Below, one piece after another: positions 62,619-64,000 of a stretch of DNA of 64,000 nucleotides. A program made the position numbers and the translations under genes. The notes under the pieces are model-generated. The model was not told the DNA's origin and did not search any database. It worked only from the letters and a program-made list of their open reading frames with translations. This stretch comes from an uncultured Gemmatimonadales bacterium. GTDB lineage: Bacteria; Gemmatimonadota; Gemmatimonadetes; Gemmatimonadales; GWC2-71-9. Numbering within the stretch: position 1 is the stretch's first letter; every line of letters begins with the position of its first letter. The DNA lies in assembly GCA_963730185.1 (NCBI GenBank), contig CAVSQW010000015.1:672001-736000 (forward strand), read 5' to 3'.

Positions 62619-64000
62619 GCTGGGTGTACCCGCCCGGAAAGCCGTTCGGATCGTAGACGAAGAGGTGGTTCAGGTTCGGAAACACCTTCATGGTGACGTC
62701 CTTGTCGCCGCCGGCTTTGAACGCCCGGTCCAGCATCGTGGCCTGGTTGGGCGTCACCTGCTGATCGGTCGCGCCCTGAAGGATCAGGACCGGTACCTTG
62801 ACCTTCCTCGCGGTCGGGACGGGGTCGTAGTCGAGGAAGAACTTCGACCAGGGCTGCGTCGCCATCGAATCGACCATGTTGGGGATCTCCTTGAGCAGAG
62901 AGTCCCGCTGCCTGGCGGACAGCTCCTTCGAGTTGGTGAAGCTGTTCTTGAGCTGGAAGTTGATGATGGTCCGCCCGGTGAGTGCCGGTCCGGCCATCAG
63001 CACGATGCCCTTGAGCTTTGGATCGGTCGCCGCCACCATCGGGGCGATCAGGCCCCCCTCGCTGTGCCCCACCAGGCCGAGGCGGGTGCCGTCGATCTCC
63101 GGTCGCTCCCGGAGCCAGGCCAGGCCGGCCCGGATGTCGTTGGCGAAGTCGGCGCTCGTCGCGGTCGCCCCGTTGCCGCCCGAGCCGCCGTAGCCACGGT
63201 CGTCCATCCGGAGTGTCGCGATTCCCCGTCGGGCCAGCGAGTCCGCCACCTGCCGGAAGGGCCGGTAGCCCTCGACGATCGGGAGCGACTCGTCCCGATC
63301 CTCGAGGCCGGAGCCCGTGATCGTCACGATGGCCGGCACCTTGGCGGTGGCGCTCGCGCCGTGGGGCAAGGTGAGAGTACCGGCGAGGGTGTGGCCCATC
63401 GGGGTCGGAACCTTGACCTCGATCGCGTCGTACGGCGCGCCCGGCGGAGCCGAGTAGTCGGGCGCCCGGACCCGGAGGCTGGGCGCTTCGGCGGCCGATA
63501 CCCGGTCGACCGTCAGGTGCTGGGCCGGCATCCCGCCACCGGTGATCCGGCCCTCGGCGTCGACGGCCAGCCGCGCCTCGGCGCCCCCCATGGTGATGAC
63601 CGCCGAGTCGGGCGTGGGCCGGCTCACGGTGATCGGAAAAGTCTTCCCGCCGGCCACCGCGAAGCCGGGCACCTCGTTCTTTCCCGTCGCCTTGGCGCGA
63701 GCCAGCACCAGCTCCATCACCGAGATCGACGGGTTCAGGATCGGGATCGCGCCCGCTTCACTCCCGAGCCGCTGAGTCACGGAATGACCACCGCCCGAGA
63801 TCTCCGCGATCACGCTGTCGCCCGTGAACGTCATCACGGCCGTTTGCCGCGGCTCCGCGCCCACCGTATCGGCCGCCTGCCAATAGGTATTGGTGAGCTT
63901 GGTGACGGACCCGTCCGGCGCCAGATCCGCGGTGAACTTGTAGCGGACGTTGGCCATCTTGAACAGCAGCTCGGCGTCGAGCCGGGTTGGCGTCCGCCTG
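62548..64000 (-). CDS. Alpha/beta-fold hydrolase (5' partial)
   Basis: TGSG..DRDE, GHSEGG nucleophile elbow, QGATDQQV, NHLF; frame open to the window end. Confidence 0.87.
   Translation of the reverse strand, partial: RRTPTRLDAELLFKMANVRYKFTADLAPDGSVTKLTNTYWQAADTVGAEPRQTAVMTFTGDSVIAEISGGGHSVTQRLGSEAGAIPILNPSISVMELVLARAKATGKNEVPGFAVAGGKTFPITVSRPTPDSAVITMGGAEARLAVDAEGRITGGGMPAQHLTVDRVSAAEAPSLRVRAPDYSAPPGAPYDAIEVKVPTPMGHTLAGTLTLPHGASATAKVPAIVTITGSGLEDRDESLPIVEGYRPFRQVADSLARRGIATLRMDDRGYGGSGGNGATATSADFANDIRAGLAWLRERPEIDGTRLGLVGHSEGGLIAPMVAATDPKLKGIVLMAGPALTGRTIINFQLKNSFTNSKELSARQRDSLLKEIPNMVDSMATQPWSKFFLDYDPVPTARKVKVPVLILQGATDQQVTPNQATMLDRAFKAGGDKDVTMKVFPNLNHLFVYDPNGFPGGYTQLKDRAVSRQVIGTLVDWLATHLR

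Overview
GC-rich (about 70% by eye), gene-dense bacterial chromosomal window; gene order and protein styles suggest Gemmatimonadota (inference only). Mostly core genes: mreC-mreD-mrdA-rodA-accD-folC-hisS-proS-lysA-guaA; PTS EIIA, dusB-larB and tmRNA; a minus-strand run lexA / truA-htrA-purB-purC-psd-pssA-purS-purQ-Zn-ribbon-purL-purF / ppdK / purE; a signalling block (HEAT-repeat protein, HD-GYP, membrane-GAF-MCP, YqeK, LytR_C); a glycerate kinase/dehydrogenase pair; rlmN; aspS-phoH-ybeY-2xCorC/CNNM-mgtE; meaB with a split B12 acyl-CoA mutase; then several secreted hydrolases and recQ. I saw no integrase, transposase, prophage, CRISPR array, rRNA or tRNA. Best leads: (1) two identical-consensus direct-repeat operators CCGAACA-N4-CCGAACC on the lexA promoter, a candidate lineage-specific SOS box; (2) coupled HEAT-repeat and HD-GYP genes sharing a homologous unnamed N-terminal domain, a candidate uncharacterised cyclic-dinucleotide module; (3) G-rich/C-rich heptamer inverted-repeat tracts with G-quadruplex potential on both sides of the mutase small subunit; (4) a mutase with isobutyryl-CoA-mutase residues; (5) a lipoprotein TPP II-like subtilase; (6) an HtrA with a trypsin-type Cys pair. 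Two zones (about 16.0-18.0 kb and 36.4-38.1 kb) carry clustered frameshifts that most likely reflect sequencing or assembly error.
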